DNA of 64,000 nucleotides from an uncultured Actinomycetes bacterium (GTDB lineage: Bacteria; Actinomycetota; UBA4738; HRBIN12). Positions 49,366 through 58,966 of the stretch are shown here, one piece after another (the first letter of the stretch is position 1; the number at the start of each line of letters is the position of its first letter). The notes beneath the pieces were generated by a model. It ran no database searches and was not told the origin of the DNA. It was given only the letters and a program-made list of their open reading frames with translations. Position numbers and translations under genes: made by a program. The stretch covers positions 64,001-128,000 of the forward strand of contig OY969934.1 in assembly GCA_963704725.1 (NCBI GenBank). Direction: 5' to 3'.

Positions 49366-51408
49366 ATGGCCCCGCCGATCATGCGACGGCTCCCCGCTCT
49401 GCTCGCGGTTCTCGGCGCGCTCGCGCTGCAGCCGACGACGGCCTCAGCCCAGGAGCCCATCGAGGTGCGTCTGACGCTGCTGTCGCAGACCTCGTGGAAC
49501 TCGTCCTTCGATCCCGCGCACGGCCGCGACGTGCTCGTCGCCTTCCGCGCCGAGAACCTCGGGACCACGGTGGTCGACGAGCTCTCGATCGGCGTGACGC
49601 TCTACGGCAGGGTCATCACGCGCACCCAGTACGAGACCTCGCTCACCGCGGATCCCCCCGTGGTGATCAGCGCCGTGACGCTCACGCGCGACGGCCCCCT
49701 CCTTCCCGGCCAGCCGCGCGACTTCTCCGTCGCGTTCCCGCTGGACTCGCCGAGCATCGACCCCGTCGACTCGGGCGTCTATCCGCTGAAGGTCGACCTG
49801 CGGAGCGGCCTCGTCTCGATCGCCGCCATCCGGAGCGCGGTGATCTTCCTGGTGCGCCAGCCCGAGGTCCCCGTGGATCTGTCCTGGACGCTCGTCGTGG
49901 ACCACCCGATCGAGTTCGGGCCCGACGGGGTGTTCACGTCGACCGGACTCGAGACCGCGCTCGCGCCCGGAGGACGACTCGCCGCCGAGCTGAGCGCGCT
50001 CCTCGAGCTCGTCGCGGACCCGATACACCCGGCCGTCGACGTGGCGATCTCGCCAACGCTCCTCGGCCAGCTCGCCGACATGGCCGATGGGTACGACGTG
50101 GCCTCCGGCACCGGCGTTCGCGAGGTCGGACCCGACCAGGGGGCCGCCCTCCTCGCCGCGGAGGCCATCGACGACCTCCGCCGGATCGCACAGGCCCCCA
50201 ACGTCCGCATCAGCGCCCTGCCCTACGCCTCCCCGGAGCTGCCGTCGCTGCTCTCCGGTGGTCTGCCCCGGGACGCCGACGTCCAGATCCAGCAAGGGCG
50301 GGAGCTCGTGGGGACCTCCCTGCAGACGTCGCCCGACACGAGCGTCCTGCGGCCCCCGGGCGCCGCGCTCGACGATCCGACCGTCCGGGCCCTGCCCGGC
50401 CTCGGCGTCTCGACGATCGTGGCCGGTCCGGCCACCGTCTCTCCCTCTCCCCAGCCGCTCGGCTTCGTGGGACCGCCCACCGCCGGGCTCGGCGAGGACG
50501 GGGAGGTCACGGCCATCGTCCCCGAGCCGGGGGTCATGGCGCTCTTCCAGTCGACCGCCGCCGCAACCGACCCGGCCCTCACCGCCCAGATCGCGCTCGG
50601 CGAGCTCGCCACGATCTGGCAGGAGCAGCCGGGGCTGGAGCGCGGGGTAGCCCTCGCGCTGACCGAGGACCTTCAACTCCCGCCGGGCTTCTTCGGGACC
50701 TTCTTCCGGGACGTCGCGCGCGCCCCGTGGCTCACGCCGATGCACGCGGGGGAGTTCGCGATCCGCTACCCGCCCGACGAGCCCTCGTCGCTCACCGCGC
50801 CGGCTCCACGTCGATTCTCCACCACCTACGTCGCGGAGCTCCGGCAGGCCCGGCGCCGCGTGGCCATCTATCGCTCGATGCTCACCGAGCCGAGCGATCG
50901 CCCCGACCAGTACGACCGGATGCTGCTGCTCGCCGAGTCCCGGCAGTTCCTGTCGAACCCGAGCGAGGGCCTCGCGTTCATCACGAACGTCCGCGACTCG
51001 GTGGGTGCGGTGTTCGGCGCCATCACGGTCAACTCGCCGCCCGAGATCACCCTCACCTCGAGCCACGGCAGCGGCATCCCGGTCACCGTGAGCAACGGCG
51101 ACGACGAAGCGCTGCGCGTCACGGTTCGGCTCCAGTCCCAGAACCTCCGTGGGTCCCTCAGCACCGACCTCGAGCTCGCGCCCGGCGATTCGCAGACCGT
51201 CACGTTCCGGGTCGACGCCGTGCGCACGGGGCGGTTCCAGGCGCTCCTCCAGGTCTTCGCGCCTGCGGGGCGCCCGATCGGCGAGCCGGTGCCGCTCCTG
51301 GTGCGCTCGACGGTGTACAACCGGATCGCGCTGGCGATCACGATCGCCGCCGCCCTGGGCCTGATGGCGCTGTGGGTGAGGAGGTTCCTGCGACGTCGGA
51401 CGTCGTGA
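49366..51408 (+). CDS. large extracytoplasmic membrane protein (DUF6049-like)
   Basis: signal peptide, GVYPL, ALPYA, IPVTV.N, C-terminal TM; canonical position before murJ. Confidence 0.8.
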   Translation: MAPPIMRRLPALLAVLGALALQPTTASAQEPIEVRLTLLSQTSWNSSFDPAHGRDVLVAFRAENLGTTVVDELSIGVTLYGRVITRTQYETSLTADPPVVISAVTLTRDGPLLPGQPRDFSVAFPLDSPSIDPVDSGVYPLKVDLRSGLVSIAAIRSAVIFLVRQPEVPVDLSWTLVVDHPIEFGPDGVFTSTGLETALAPGGRLAAELSALLELVADPIHPAVDVAISPTLLGQLADMADGYDVASGTGVREVGPDQGAALLAAEAIDDLRRIAQAPNVRISALPYASPELPSLLSGGLPRDADVQIQQGRELVGTSLQTSPDTSVLRPPGAALDDPTVRALPGLGVSTIVAGPATVSPSPQPLGFVGPPTAGLGEDGEVTAIVPEPGVMALFQSTAAATDPALTAQIALGELATIWQEQPGLERGVALALTEDLQLPPGFFGTFFRDVARAPWLTPMHAGEFAIRYPPDEPSSLTAPAPRRFSTTYVAELRQARRRVAIYRSMLTEPSDRPDQYDRMLLLAESRQFLSNPSEGLAFITNVRDSVGAVFGAITVNSPPEITLTSSHGSGIPVTVSNGDDEALRVTVRLQSQNLRGSLSTDLELAPGDSQTVTFRVDAVRTGRFQALLQVFAPAGRPIGEPVPLLVRSTVYNRIALAITIAAALGLMALWVRRFLRRRTS

Positions 51409-53090
51409 CGGAGGGGGGCGCGGACGTGGGGGGTCCGCCGGGGGCTCCGCACGCCGCCGGCGAGCCGGACGACTCCGCCGGGGCCTTCGTCCGCAACACG
51501 GCCGTCATGTCCGTGGGGACGGCGCTGTCCCGCCTCACGGGCTTCCTCCGCCTCGCCGCGATGGCGTACGCGCTCGGGATCACGGAGACGCGGCTGGCCG
51601 ACGCGTACAACATCGCCAACGTCACGCCGAACATCGTCTACGAGCTCGCTCTCGGCGGGATCCTCACGTCGGTCGTCGTGCCGGTCGTGGTGGAATGGCT
51701 GCAGACGCGTGGGCGCGACGAGGCGTGGGACGTCGTGCGGCGCCTCTTCACGTTCGCCGCGGTCGCGCTGACGGCGATCGCCGCGATCGGGATCGCGCTC
51801 GCCCCGTGGATCGTGCGTCTCTACACGTCGGGCATCGCCCATGGCGCCGAGGACCGCGAGACGGTGCGCGCCTTGGCGACGTTCTTCCTGCGCTGGTTCA
51901 TGCCGCAGATCGTCTTCTACGGCATCGGCGCGGTGGCGACCGGACTGCTGAACGCGCATCGCAGGTTCGCCGCGCCGATGTTCGCCCCGATCCTGAACAA
52001 CCTGATCGTCATCGCGACGTTCGTGGCGTTCGCGACCATGCCGGGACCGGCGCGCGGATCCGGGGATCTGGCCACGACCGCCCAGCGGCTCGTGCTGGCA
52101 ATCGGCACGACCGCCGGCGTCGCCGGCATGACGCTCGTGCTGTTGCCCTTCGTCCGCGCCACGGGGTTCCGATTCGGGTGGCGTGCGGGATGGCGGCACG
52201 AGGCGGTGGCCCGGATGGCTCGCCTCGCCGCGTGGGTCTTCGTCTACGTGGTCGCGAACCAGGTCCTGGTCCTCGTCGTCATCGTGCTGTCCGGCGAGCA
52301 CCGCGGCTGGTACACGGCGTACGCGAGCGCGTTCATCCTGTTCCAGCTCCCCCACGCGATCTTCGCCGTCTCGATCTTCACGGCGCTGCTCCCCGCGATG
52401 TCCGGGCGGTGGGCGGCCGGCGACGTCGACGGGTTTCGCCACCTGCTCTCGCAGGGCCTGCGCGCGACGGCAGCGATCGTGATCCCCGCCTCGCTCGGCT
52501 ACCTGGTGCTGGCGCGCCCCATCGTCCGGCTGCTCCTGGAGCACGGCGCGACCGGGGCCGCGAGTGGCGACCTCGTCGCCGATGTGCTCGTGATGTTCGC
52601 GGTGGGCCTGTTCCCCTTCTCCGCGTGGCAGCTGCTGCTGCGCGCGTTCTACTCGATGCAGGACTCTCGGACCCCGGCCCTCGTCAACGTCGCGGCGATC
52701 GCGCTCAACGTCGCGCTCGATCTCGTCTTCTTCTTCGGGCTCGACCTCGGCGTGCAGGGGCTGGCGCTCGGGTTCGCGCTGGAGTACGTGGCCGGCGTCG
52801 TCGTGCTGGCGGCGATCATCCGGCGGCGGTTGCGGGGACTCGACGGCGACCGGCTCCTCACCAGCATCGTCCGGACGGCGGCGGCGGGCGCGGCGACGGC
52901 CGGCGTCGCATGGCTCGCAGCCCGCTGGCTCGGGCAGTCGCTCGGCACGGCGACGATCCTCGAACAGACCGTGCAGGTCCTCGGCGCCGTGGCCGCCGGG
53001 GTCGCCGTGTTCGTGGCATCGGCGACGCTGCTGCGGATCGAGGAGGTGGCGATGGTGCGGGCGCAGATGTTCAGGAGATGGCGTCGATGA
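51405..53090 (+). CDS. murJ: lipid II flippase MurJ (MviN)
   Basis: SRLTGFLR, ADAY..AN..PN, PQIVFYG, FQLP, RAFYS..DSRTP. Confidence 0.94.
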   Translation: MTEGGADVGGPPGAPHAAGEPDDSAGAFVRNTAVMSVGTALSRLTGFLRLAAMAYALGITETRLADAYNIANVTPNIVYELALGGILTSVVVPVVVEWLQTRGRDEAWDVVRRLFTFAAVALTAIAAIGIALAPWIVRLYTSGIAHGAEDRETVRALATFFLRWFMPQIVFYGIGAVATGLLNAHRRFAAPMFAPILNNLIVIATFVAFATMPGPARGSGDLATTAQRLVLAIGTTAGVAGMTLVLLPFVRATGFRFGWRAGWRHEAVARMARLAAWVFVYVVANQVLVLVVIVLSGEHRGWYTAYASAFILFQLPHAIFAVSIFTALLPAMSGRWAAGDVDGFRHLLSQGLRATAAIVIPASLGYLVLARPIVRLLLEHGATGAASGDLVADVLVMFAVGLFPFSAWQLLLRAFYSMQDSRTPALVNVAAIALNVALDLVFFFGLDLGVQGLALGFALEYVAGVVVLAAIIRRRLRGLDGDRLLTSIVRTAAAGAATAGVAWLAARWLGQSLGTATILEQTVQVLGAVAAGVAVFVASATLLRIEEVAMVRAQMFRRWRR

Positions 53091-53470
53091 GGCTCCACCG
53101 AGACGAGCGCGGCCTCATCGGCAAGATCCTCGTGCTGTGGCTCGTCGTGCTCGCCCTGGTCGTGGTGGCGGCCGTCGACGGCGGCTCGATCCTGCTCGCG
53201 CACGTCCGGACCGCCGAGCTGGCCCGCGACGCCGCGTCGGCGGCGGCGCAGGAGTACGCCGACACGCGGGACCGCCAGGAGGCCCTGCGTTCGGCGCTCG
53301 CCACCGTGGCCGACGGTGGCGAGGGCGCGCAGCTCGAGAACTTCCACGTCACCCGGCGGGGCGAGGTCAGCCTGACCGTCACGGACCACGCCGGCACGGT
53401 GCTGGTCGGGCGGGTCGGCTTCCTGAAGGACCTGGCGAGGATCTCGGCCTCGGCCTCGAGCGGCGGCTGA
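53087..53470 (+). CDS. Tad/TadG-like pseudopilin
   Basis: RDERG then hydrophobic helix, ELARDAASAAA; ATGA overlap with murJ. Confidence 0.6.
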   Translation: MRLHRDERGLIGKILVLWLVVLALVVVAAVDGGSILLAHVRTAELARDAASAAAQEYADTRDRQEALRSALATVADGGEGAQLENFHVTRRGEVSLTVTDHAGTVLVGRVGFLKDLARISASASSGG

Positions 53471-53529
53471 GCGGTCGACCCCGTCCGCGAGGCCGGGAAG
53501 AGCAGGTCAGCGGCATAGACTGACGCGTC

Positions 53530-54924
53530 GTGCAGACCCGGGACCCGACGACGGTGCTCTCCGGCCGCTACGCGCTCCAGGAGGAGCTCGGCCGCAGCGG
53601 GACCGGTATGGCCTGGCGCGCCGAGGATCGGTTGCTGCGCCGGACGGTGACGGTCAAGCTGATCCACCCGAACCTCGGCGACGACCCCGCCTTCGCCCGG
53701 CGACTCGCGGAGGAGGCGCGCCGCGTCGTGGCGCTGTCCTCGCCGGGTCTCGTGCCGCTGCTCGACACCGGGGTGGAGGACGGCGTCCCCTACCTCGTGC
53801 GCGAGCACGTCGAGGGGATGAGCGTCCGTTCGCGTCTCCGCCTGGGGGGTCCGCTCGCCCCCGCCGAGGCCGCCCGGATCGCGATCGCCGTCCTGGAGGC
53901 TCTGGCGCCCGCGCACGACGCCGGCGTCCTGCACCTGCACGTCGACACCGACGACGTCCTGCTCACACCGGACGGCGGCGTGCGGCTCACCGACCTCGGC
54001 ATCGGGCAGGTGGTGGCGGACACCCGGCCACCGGCAGAGGCCGTCGAGCTCCTCGGAGGAGCGCTCGCTCCCGAGCTCTCCGAGGAGGGGCCCGCCGATG
54101 CGCGGGCCGATCTCTTCCAGGTGGGAGCGGTCCTGTTCGAGACGGTGACCGGGGAACCGCCGGGTGGCCGCCGGTCGCCCCGGGAGGTTCGCCCGTCCGT
54201 GCCCCGGGCGCTCGACCGCGTCGTCGCGCGCGCCCTCGCCACCGATCCCGACGAGCGGTTCGAGAGCGCCGCGGGACTGGTGGCCGCGCTCCGGTCCGCC
54301 GCCGCGGAGGACCGGACGGGCGACGGCGGGCATCGGGGCGTGCTGGGTGCGTGGCTCGGCGTGCCGCTCGCGATCGCGGTGGTCGCCGCGGCGGCGATCG
54401 CGGCCGGGCTGTGGCTCGGACGCATCGAGCTGGGCGGCCCGCTGGGGATCCGCCCCGCCGAGGACTCCCCCAGCCCGGCGGCGGCCGCACCGCCCACCAC
54501 CCTGCGTCCCACCTCGGTCGCGGTGTTCGATCCCTTCGGCACCCTCGGCGAGAACGACGCCTCCGCTCCGCTCGCGATCGACGGTGACGAGGCGACGTCG
54601 TGGCGATCGGAGAACTACTTCGACGGGCGACTGAACAAGCCGGGCGTCGGGCTCGTGTTCGATCTCGGCGACCGGCGCGACGTCGTGGGGTTCCGGATGC
54701 GGACGCCGCATCCCGGCTTCACGTTCCAGGTCGCCGTGGGAGACGACCCGCAGGTGCTCCTGGACGGGGTCGGCTCGTCGTACACGGCCCTGGCCGACAC
54801 CCGGGGGGAGCTCTCGGCCTCGGGGCGGTACGTGCTCGTCTGGATCACCAGCGTGGTGCCCGTCGAGGACGGCCACCGGGCCGAGGTCGGCGAGTTCGAC
54901 GTGGTGGTCGCGCCCCGTGCCTGA
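53530..54924 (+). CDS. membrane Ser/Thr kinase-fold protein, predicted pseudokinase, with extracellular beta-sandwich
   Basis: GRY.L, VTVK, catalytic loop HLHVDTDD (no HRD/N), DLG; TM; AIDGD..TSW..E.Y, YVLVWIT. Confidence 0.82.
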   Translation: MQTRDPTTVLSGRYALQEELGRSGTGMAWRAEDRLLRRTVTVKLIHPNLGDDPAFARRLAEEARRVVALSSPGLVPLLDTGVEDGVPYLVREHVEGMSVRSRLRLGGPLAPAEAARIAIAVLEALAPAHDAGVLHLHVDTDDVLLTPDGGVRLTDLGIGQVVADTRPPAEAVELLGGALAPELSEEGPADARADLFQVGAVLFETVTGEPPGGRRSPREVRPSVPRALDRVVARALATDPDERFESAAGLVAALRSAAAEDRTGDGGHRGVLGAWLGVPLAIAVVAAAAIAAGLWLGRIELGGPLGIRPAEDSPSPAAAAPPTTLRPTSVAVFDPFGTLGENDASAPLAIDGDEATSWRSENYFDGRLNKPGVGLVFDLGDRRDVVGFRMRTPHPGFTFQVAVGDDPQVLLDGVGSSYTALADTRGELSASGRYVLVWITSVVPVEDGHRAEVGEFDVVVAPRA

Positions 54925-55513
54925 GCCGGGCGACCGGGACGAGGACCTCGTCCGCCGATACCTGTCCGGCGACCGGGGCGCGTTCGCCGTGCTGGTCGAG
55001 CGGCACGAGCGGCGGGTCTACAACCTCGCGCTGCGGATGACGGGCAAGGAGGAGGACGCCCGCGACGCCGCGCAGGACGCGTTCCTCACCGCGCTCCGCA
55101 AGCTGTCCTCGTTCCGGGGCGAGGCGGCCTTCACCACGTGGCTCCATCGCGTCACCGTCAACGCGTGCTACGACCTGCTGCGCAAACGTCAGCGTCAGCC
55201 GCTGCTCGATCGCGGCGGGGACGATCTCCCTCGCCCGGAGCCGCCGCCGGCCCCCGACCACGCCGACGACACCATCCTGTCGATCGACGTGCAACGCGCC
55301 CTGCTCGAGGTGCCCGAGGACTTCCGCGCCGCGATGATCCTGCACGACGTGCAGGATCTGCCGCAGGAGGAGGTGGCGGCGATCCTGGGCGTCCCGGTCG
55401 GCACCGTGAAGTCGCGTCTGCATCGGGGGCGGGTGGCCCTGGCTCGGGCCCTGCACGTCGAGCGGGAACGCCGGGGTGCGTCCGGTCCGTCTGACGGGAC
55501 GGTGATCCGATGA
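54917..55513 (+). CDS. sigM: ECF sigma factor SigM-like
   Basis: DAAQDAF, FRGEAAFTTWLHRVTVNAC, GTVKSRLHRGR; synteny with murJ. Confidence 0.82.
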   Translation: MPEPGDRDEDLVRRYLSGDRGAFAVLVERHERRVYNLALRMTGKEEDARDAAQDAFLTALRKLSSFRGEAAFTTWLHRVTVNACYDLLRKRQRQPLLDRGGDDLPRPEPPPAPDHADDTILSIDVQRALLEVPEDFRAAMILHDVQDLPQEEVAAILGVPVGTVKSRLHRGRVALARALHVERERRGASGPSDGTVIR

Positions 55514-56277
55514 CCCACCCTGAGGACCTCCTCGCCGACTACGTCGACGGCTCGCTCCGAGACCAGGAGCGCGCCGCCGTCGACGCGCACCTCGAGACGT
55601 GCCCGGTCTGCCGGGAGGAGATCGAGCTGGCCAGGGCGGCCGTGACGGCGCTCGCCACGCTCGAGGAGGTGCCCGTGCCCCTCGGCGTGACCGGGCCGAT
55701 CCTGGCGGAGTCGGGGAAGCGATTCGAGCGGCGGCGGGTGGTCGCGTGGCGGCGACTGCAGTGGGCGGCCGGAGCGGCGGCCGCGGCGGCGCTCGTCCTC
55801 GTGGTCGGCCTGAACCTGACCGACCTGGGGTCGGGCGACGGCGCGAACCGTGCCACCGTCGAGGCGGCCGGCGGGGGCTCGGCCGCCTCGGGTCCGGCGG
55901 CCGAGCTGGCCGCCCCCCAGGCCGCCCTGCCGTCGCCCGGCCTCCAGCGGCAGCCGGACGTGAACTACGACGACGCTGGGGTTCGCTCCCTGGCCGAGGA
56001 CGCCGCGAAGGAGAGGTCGACTGCGGGGGCGTCCGCGGACACCGCGCTCGCCGCTTCCACCGACGCGCTCAGATGCCTCAGGGCGTCGGGCGCGCCGGTC
56101 GGCCAGCCCGACTACCAGCTCGTCCGCCTGGTCGAGGCGAAGTTCAAGGGGACGCCGGCCTTCTTCGGCGTCTTCCTGCAGAGCCCCGGGGCCGGCCAGC
56201 CCGCCGACCACGCTATCGTCTGGGTCTCTGCCACGAACGACTGCCGGATCCTGGACCAGGCCTCGCTCCCCATCTGA
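55510..56277 (+). CDS. zf-HC2 anti-sigma factor (RsmA-like)
   Basis: LADYVDG.L, HLETCPVC, TM helix. Confidence 0.88.
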   Translation: MTHPEDLLADYVDGSLRDQERAAVDAHLETCPVCREEIELARAAVTALATLEEVPVPLGVTGPILAESGKRFERRRVVAWRRLQWAAGAAAAAALVLVVGLNLTDLGSGDGANRATVEAAGGGSAASGPAAELAAPQAALPSPGLQRQPDVNYDDAGVRSLAEDAAKERSTAGASADTALAASTDALRCLRASGAPVGQPDYQLVRLVEAKFKGTPAFFGVFLQSPGAGQPADHAIVWVSATNDCRILDQASLPI

Positions 56278-56325
56278 CGCCGCGGCGCTTGGAAGGTTCG
56301 AGCGCGCACTCGTAGAGTTGTGGCT

Positions 56326-57024
56326 GTGAGGTATCGCGTCGAGCAGCTGGCGGCCGCGTGCGACGTCTCCGTCGACACCGTCCGGTACTACCAGTCCCGA
56401 GGGCTGCTCGCCCCGCCCCGGCGCGAGGGCCGGGTCGCGTGGTACGAGGTCGAGCACGCCGCGCGGATCCGCGAGATCCGGACGCTGCAACGCAAGGGCC
56501 TGACGCTCGCGGCGATCGAGCGCGTGCTCCGCGGCGAGCTCGGTCGCCCCGACGCCGACCTCGCCGCCGCCGTCCACGCCGCTCAGGGCGACGGCGACCG
56601 GGAGGAGCTCCTTCCGCTCGAGGAGTTCGCCGCCCGCAGCGGCGTCCCCGCATCGCTGATCCAGGCCGTTGAGCGCGAGGGCATCAAGCTCGGACGCACC
56701 GCCGGCGGCGAGGAGCGATATACGGCGTCCGACATCGAGATGGTCCGGGGCGCGCTGCGGTTGCTGGAGTTCGGCCTGCCGCTCGGCGAGCTCCTCGCCC
56801 TGGCGCGCGAGACGAACGAGGCGATGGTGAAGCTGGCGGACCGCGCCGTCGAGCTGTTCGACGAGCACGTTCGCAAGCCGATCCGCGACACGGCCGGATC
56901 GGACGCGGCGGCCGCCGCGCAGCTGGTGGAGGCGTTCGACACGCTGCTGCCGGCCGTGACGAACCTCGTCGCCAACCACTTCCGCCGCGTGCTCTTGGCC
57001 GAGGCCGAGGAGCGGCTCCCGTGA
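56326..57024 (+). CDS. MerR family regulator with two HTH domains
   Basis: YRVEQLA...VSVDTVRYYQSRGLL; second LEEFAARSGV...RYT..D; leaderless GTG after TAGAGT. Confidence 0.88.
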   Translation: MRYRVEQLAAACDVSVDTVRYYQSRGLLAPPRREGRVAWYEVEHAARIREIRTLQRKGLTLAAIERVLRGELGRPDADLAAAVHAAQGDGDREELLPLEEFAARSGVPASLIQAVEREGIKLGRTAGGEERYTASDIEMVRGALRLLEFGLPLGELLALARETNEAMVKLADRAVELFDEHVRKPIRDTAGSDAAAAAQLVEAFDTLLPAVTNLVANHFRRVLLAEAEERLP

Positions 57025-57710
57025 GCTCGGCGGACCTTCCCCGAGGGGACGAGAAGGCGCGGACGGTGCGCGGCATGTTCGATGCCATCGCCGGCCGCTA
57101 CGACCTGGTGAACCGCGTGATGACGTTCGGGCTCGACGTCGGATGGCGCCGCCGCGCGGTCACCGAGCTGCGTCTGCCCGGCGGGTCCCTCGTCGCCGAC
57201 CTCGCGTGCGGCACGGGAGACCTGTGCAACGAGCTGACGAGGGCCGGCTACCGGGCCGCGGGGTTCGACTTCTCGATCGGCATGCTGGCCAACGCGACGA
57301 CCGCGGCCCCGCTCGCCCAGGCGGACGTGCTCGCGCTGCCGCTCGGGCCGGCGAGCGTCGACGGGGCGACGTGCGGGTTCGCCCTACGCAACGTGGTCGA
57401 CCTCGGCGCGCTGTTCGCGGAGATCGCTCGGGTCGTGCGCCCGGGGGGCCGGGTGGCGCTGCTCGAGGCCGGGCGGCCGGACGGACGGGTCCTGCGTGCG
57501 GGACACTGGGTGTACTTCGGGAAGGTGGTGCCGTTGATCGGCGGCGCGTTGTCGGACCGGCGAGCGTACCGGTACCTGCCACGGTCGATGGCGTACCTGC
57601 CGCCCCCGCACGAGCTCGTCGCGATGCTCGGAACCGCCGGGTTCGCCGACGCCGCCCGGACGTTGCTGGCCGGGGGCGCGGCGCAGCTGCTGACGGGAAC
57701 TCGGAGATGA
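57021..57710 (+). CDS. menG: demethylmenaquinone methyltransferase
   Basis: MFDAIAGRYDLVN, DLACGTGD, FALRNV, AYRYL..S. Confidence 0.9.
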   Translation: MSSADLPRGDEKARTVRGMFDAIAGRYDLVNRVMTFGLDVGWRRRAVTELRLPGGSLVADLACGTGDLCNELTRAGYRAAGFDFSIGMLANATTAAPLAQADVLALPLGPASVDGATCGFALRNVVDLGALFAEIARVVRPGGRVALLEAGRPDGRVLRAGHWVYFGKVVPLIGGALSDRRAYRYLPRSMAYLPPPHELVAMLGTAGFADAARTLLAGGAAQLLTGTRR

Positions 57711-58966
57711 GCCGCCCGCCGTTCACCGTCCACGCGTCCCGGCTCGGCCCGGCCTTCGACCTCCTCGCGGGCTACCACCCCGGCGGCTTCTTCTTCGAGC
57801 GCTCGGGGCTCGGCGTGTCCGCATCCGGCATCGCCGAGACCGTCTCGGCCGGCGAGGGAGCCGAGCGCATCCTGCGCCTCTCGCGGATGCTCGCCGAGGC
57901 GCTCGCCGAGGTGAAGGGGCCCGAGGACGGGCCGCCCCCGGTCGCGGTGGCCTCGATCCCGTTCTCCGACCAGGCACCGGCCGAGGCGACGATCCCGGCT
58001 CGGACGGCGATCCGCCGCTCGGCGGGCGAGACGTGGCGGCTCGACGTGTGGGCGGAGGGGCTCGGCGCCCCGGACGACCTGGGCGAGCGATGGACGGGCC
58101 GCGCCACGCCGCACGACGCGTTCGAGGACATGCAGCTGTGGCCAGAGCCCGAGCCCGAGGAGTACGCGGCCGCGGTCGAGCGGGCCACGGCGAAGATCCG
58201 GAGCGGCGGCCTGCGCAAGGTGGTGCTGGCCCGATCCCTCCTCGTCGACGCGGACCGCGAGCTCGACGCCAAGCAGCTCCTGTGGCGCCTGCGCGCCGTC
58301 GACCCCGACTGCTACGCGTTCGCGACGCCGGGGTTCGGCGACGCCCGTCGGGGCGTGTTGGTCGGCGCCACGCCGGAGCTGCTCGTGCGCAAGCGCGGCC
58401 GTCTCGTCGAGGCGACGCCGCTGGCGGGCTCGGCCCAGCGGTTCGGGGACCCGGTGCGCGACCGCGCCTCGGCCGATCGACTGTTCCGATCGGCCAAGGA
58501 CCGGGAGGAGCACGCCGTGGTGGTCGAGGACGTCGCGCACGTGCTCGAGGCCTACTGCGACGACCTCGTCCACCCGCACGAGCCGGAGCTGCTCGGCACC
58601 GCGAACGTCTGGCACCTGGCCACGGCCTTCCGCGGCAAGCTCCATCGAACCGGGACCTCCGTCCTCGAGCTCGTCGCGGCCCTGCACCCCACCGCGGCCG
58701 TGTGCGGCACCCCCCGTGAGGCCGCCCGGGAGACCCTGGCCGACCTCGAGCCCATCGACCGGGGCGCCTACGCCGGGCCGGTGGGCTGGGTCGACGCAGC
58801 GGGGGACGGTGAGTGGGCGATCGCGCTCCGGTGCGCCGAGATCACCGGGAAGACGGCCCGGCTGTTCGCCGGCGCCGGGATCGTGGCCGACTCCGAGCCG
58901 GAGGCCGAGGTCGACGAGACCGAGCGGAAGTTCCGCGCCCTGCTCGACGCGCTCCGGTGGGGCTGA
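57707..58966 (+). CDS. menF: isochorismate synthase
   Basis: KVVLAR, GATPELLV, LAGS, KDREEH, LHPTAAVCG, YAGPVGW, AGAGIV. Confidence 0.92.
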   Translation: MSRPPFTVHASRLGPAFDLLAGYHPGGFFFERSGLGVSASGIAETVSAGEGAERILRLSRMLAEALAEVKGPEDGPPPVAVASIPFSDQAPAEATIPARTAIRRSAGETWRLDVWAEGLGAPDDLGERWTGRATPHDAFEDMQLWPEPEPEEYAAAVERATAKIRSGGLRKVVLARSLLVDADRELDAKQLLWRLRAVDPDCYAFATPGFGDARRGVLVGATPELLVRKRGRLVEATPLAGSAQRFGDPVRDRASADRLFRSAKDREEHAVVVEDVAHVLEAYCDDLVHPHEPELLGTANVWHLATAFRGKLHRTGTSVLELVAALHPTAAVCGTPREAARETLADLEPIDRGAYAGPVGWVDAAGDGEWAIALRCAEITGKTARLFAGAGIVADSEPEAEVDETERKFRALLDALRWG

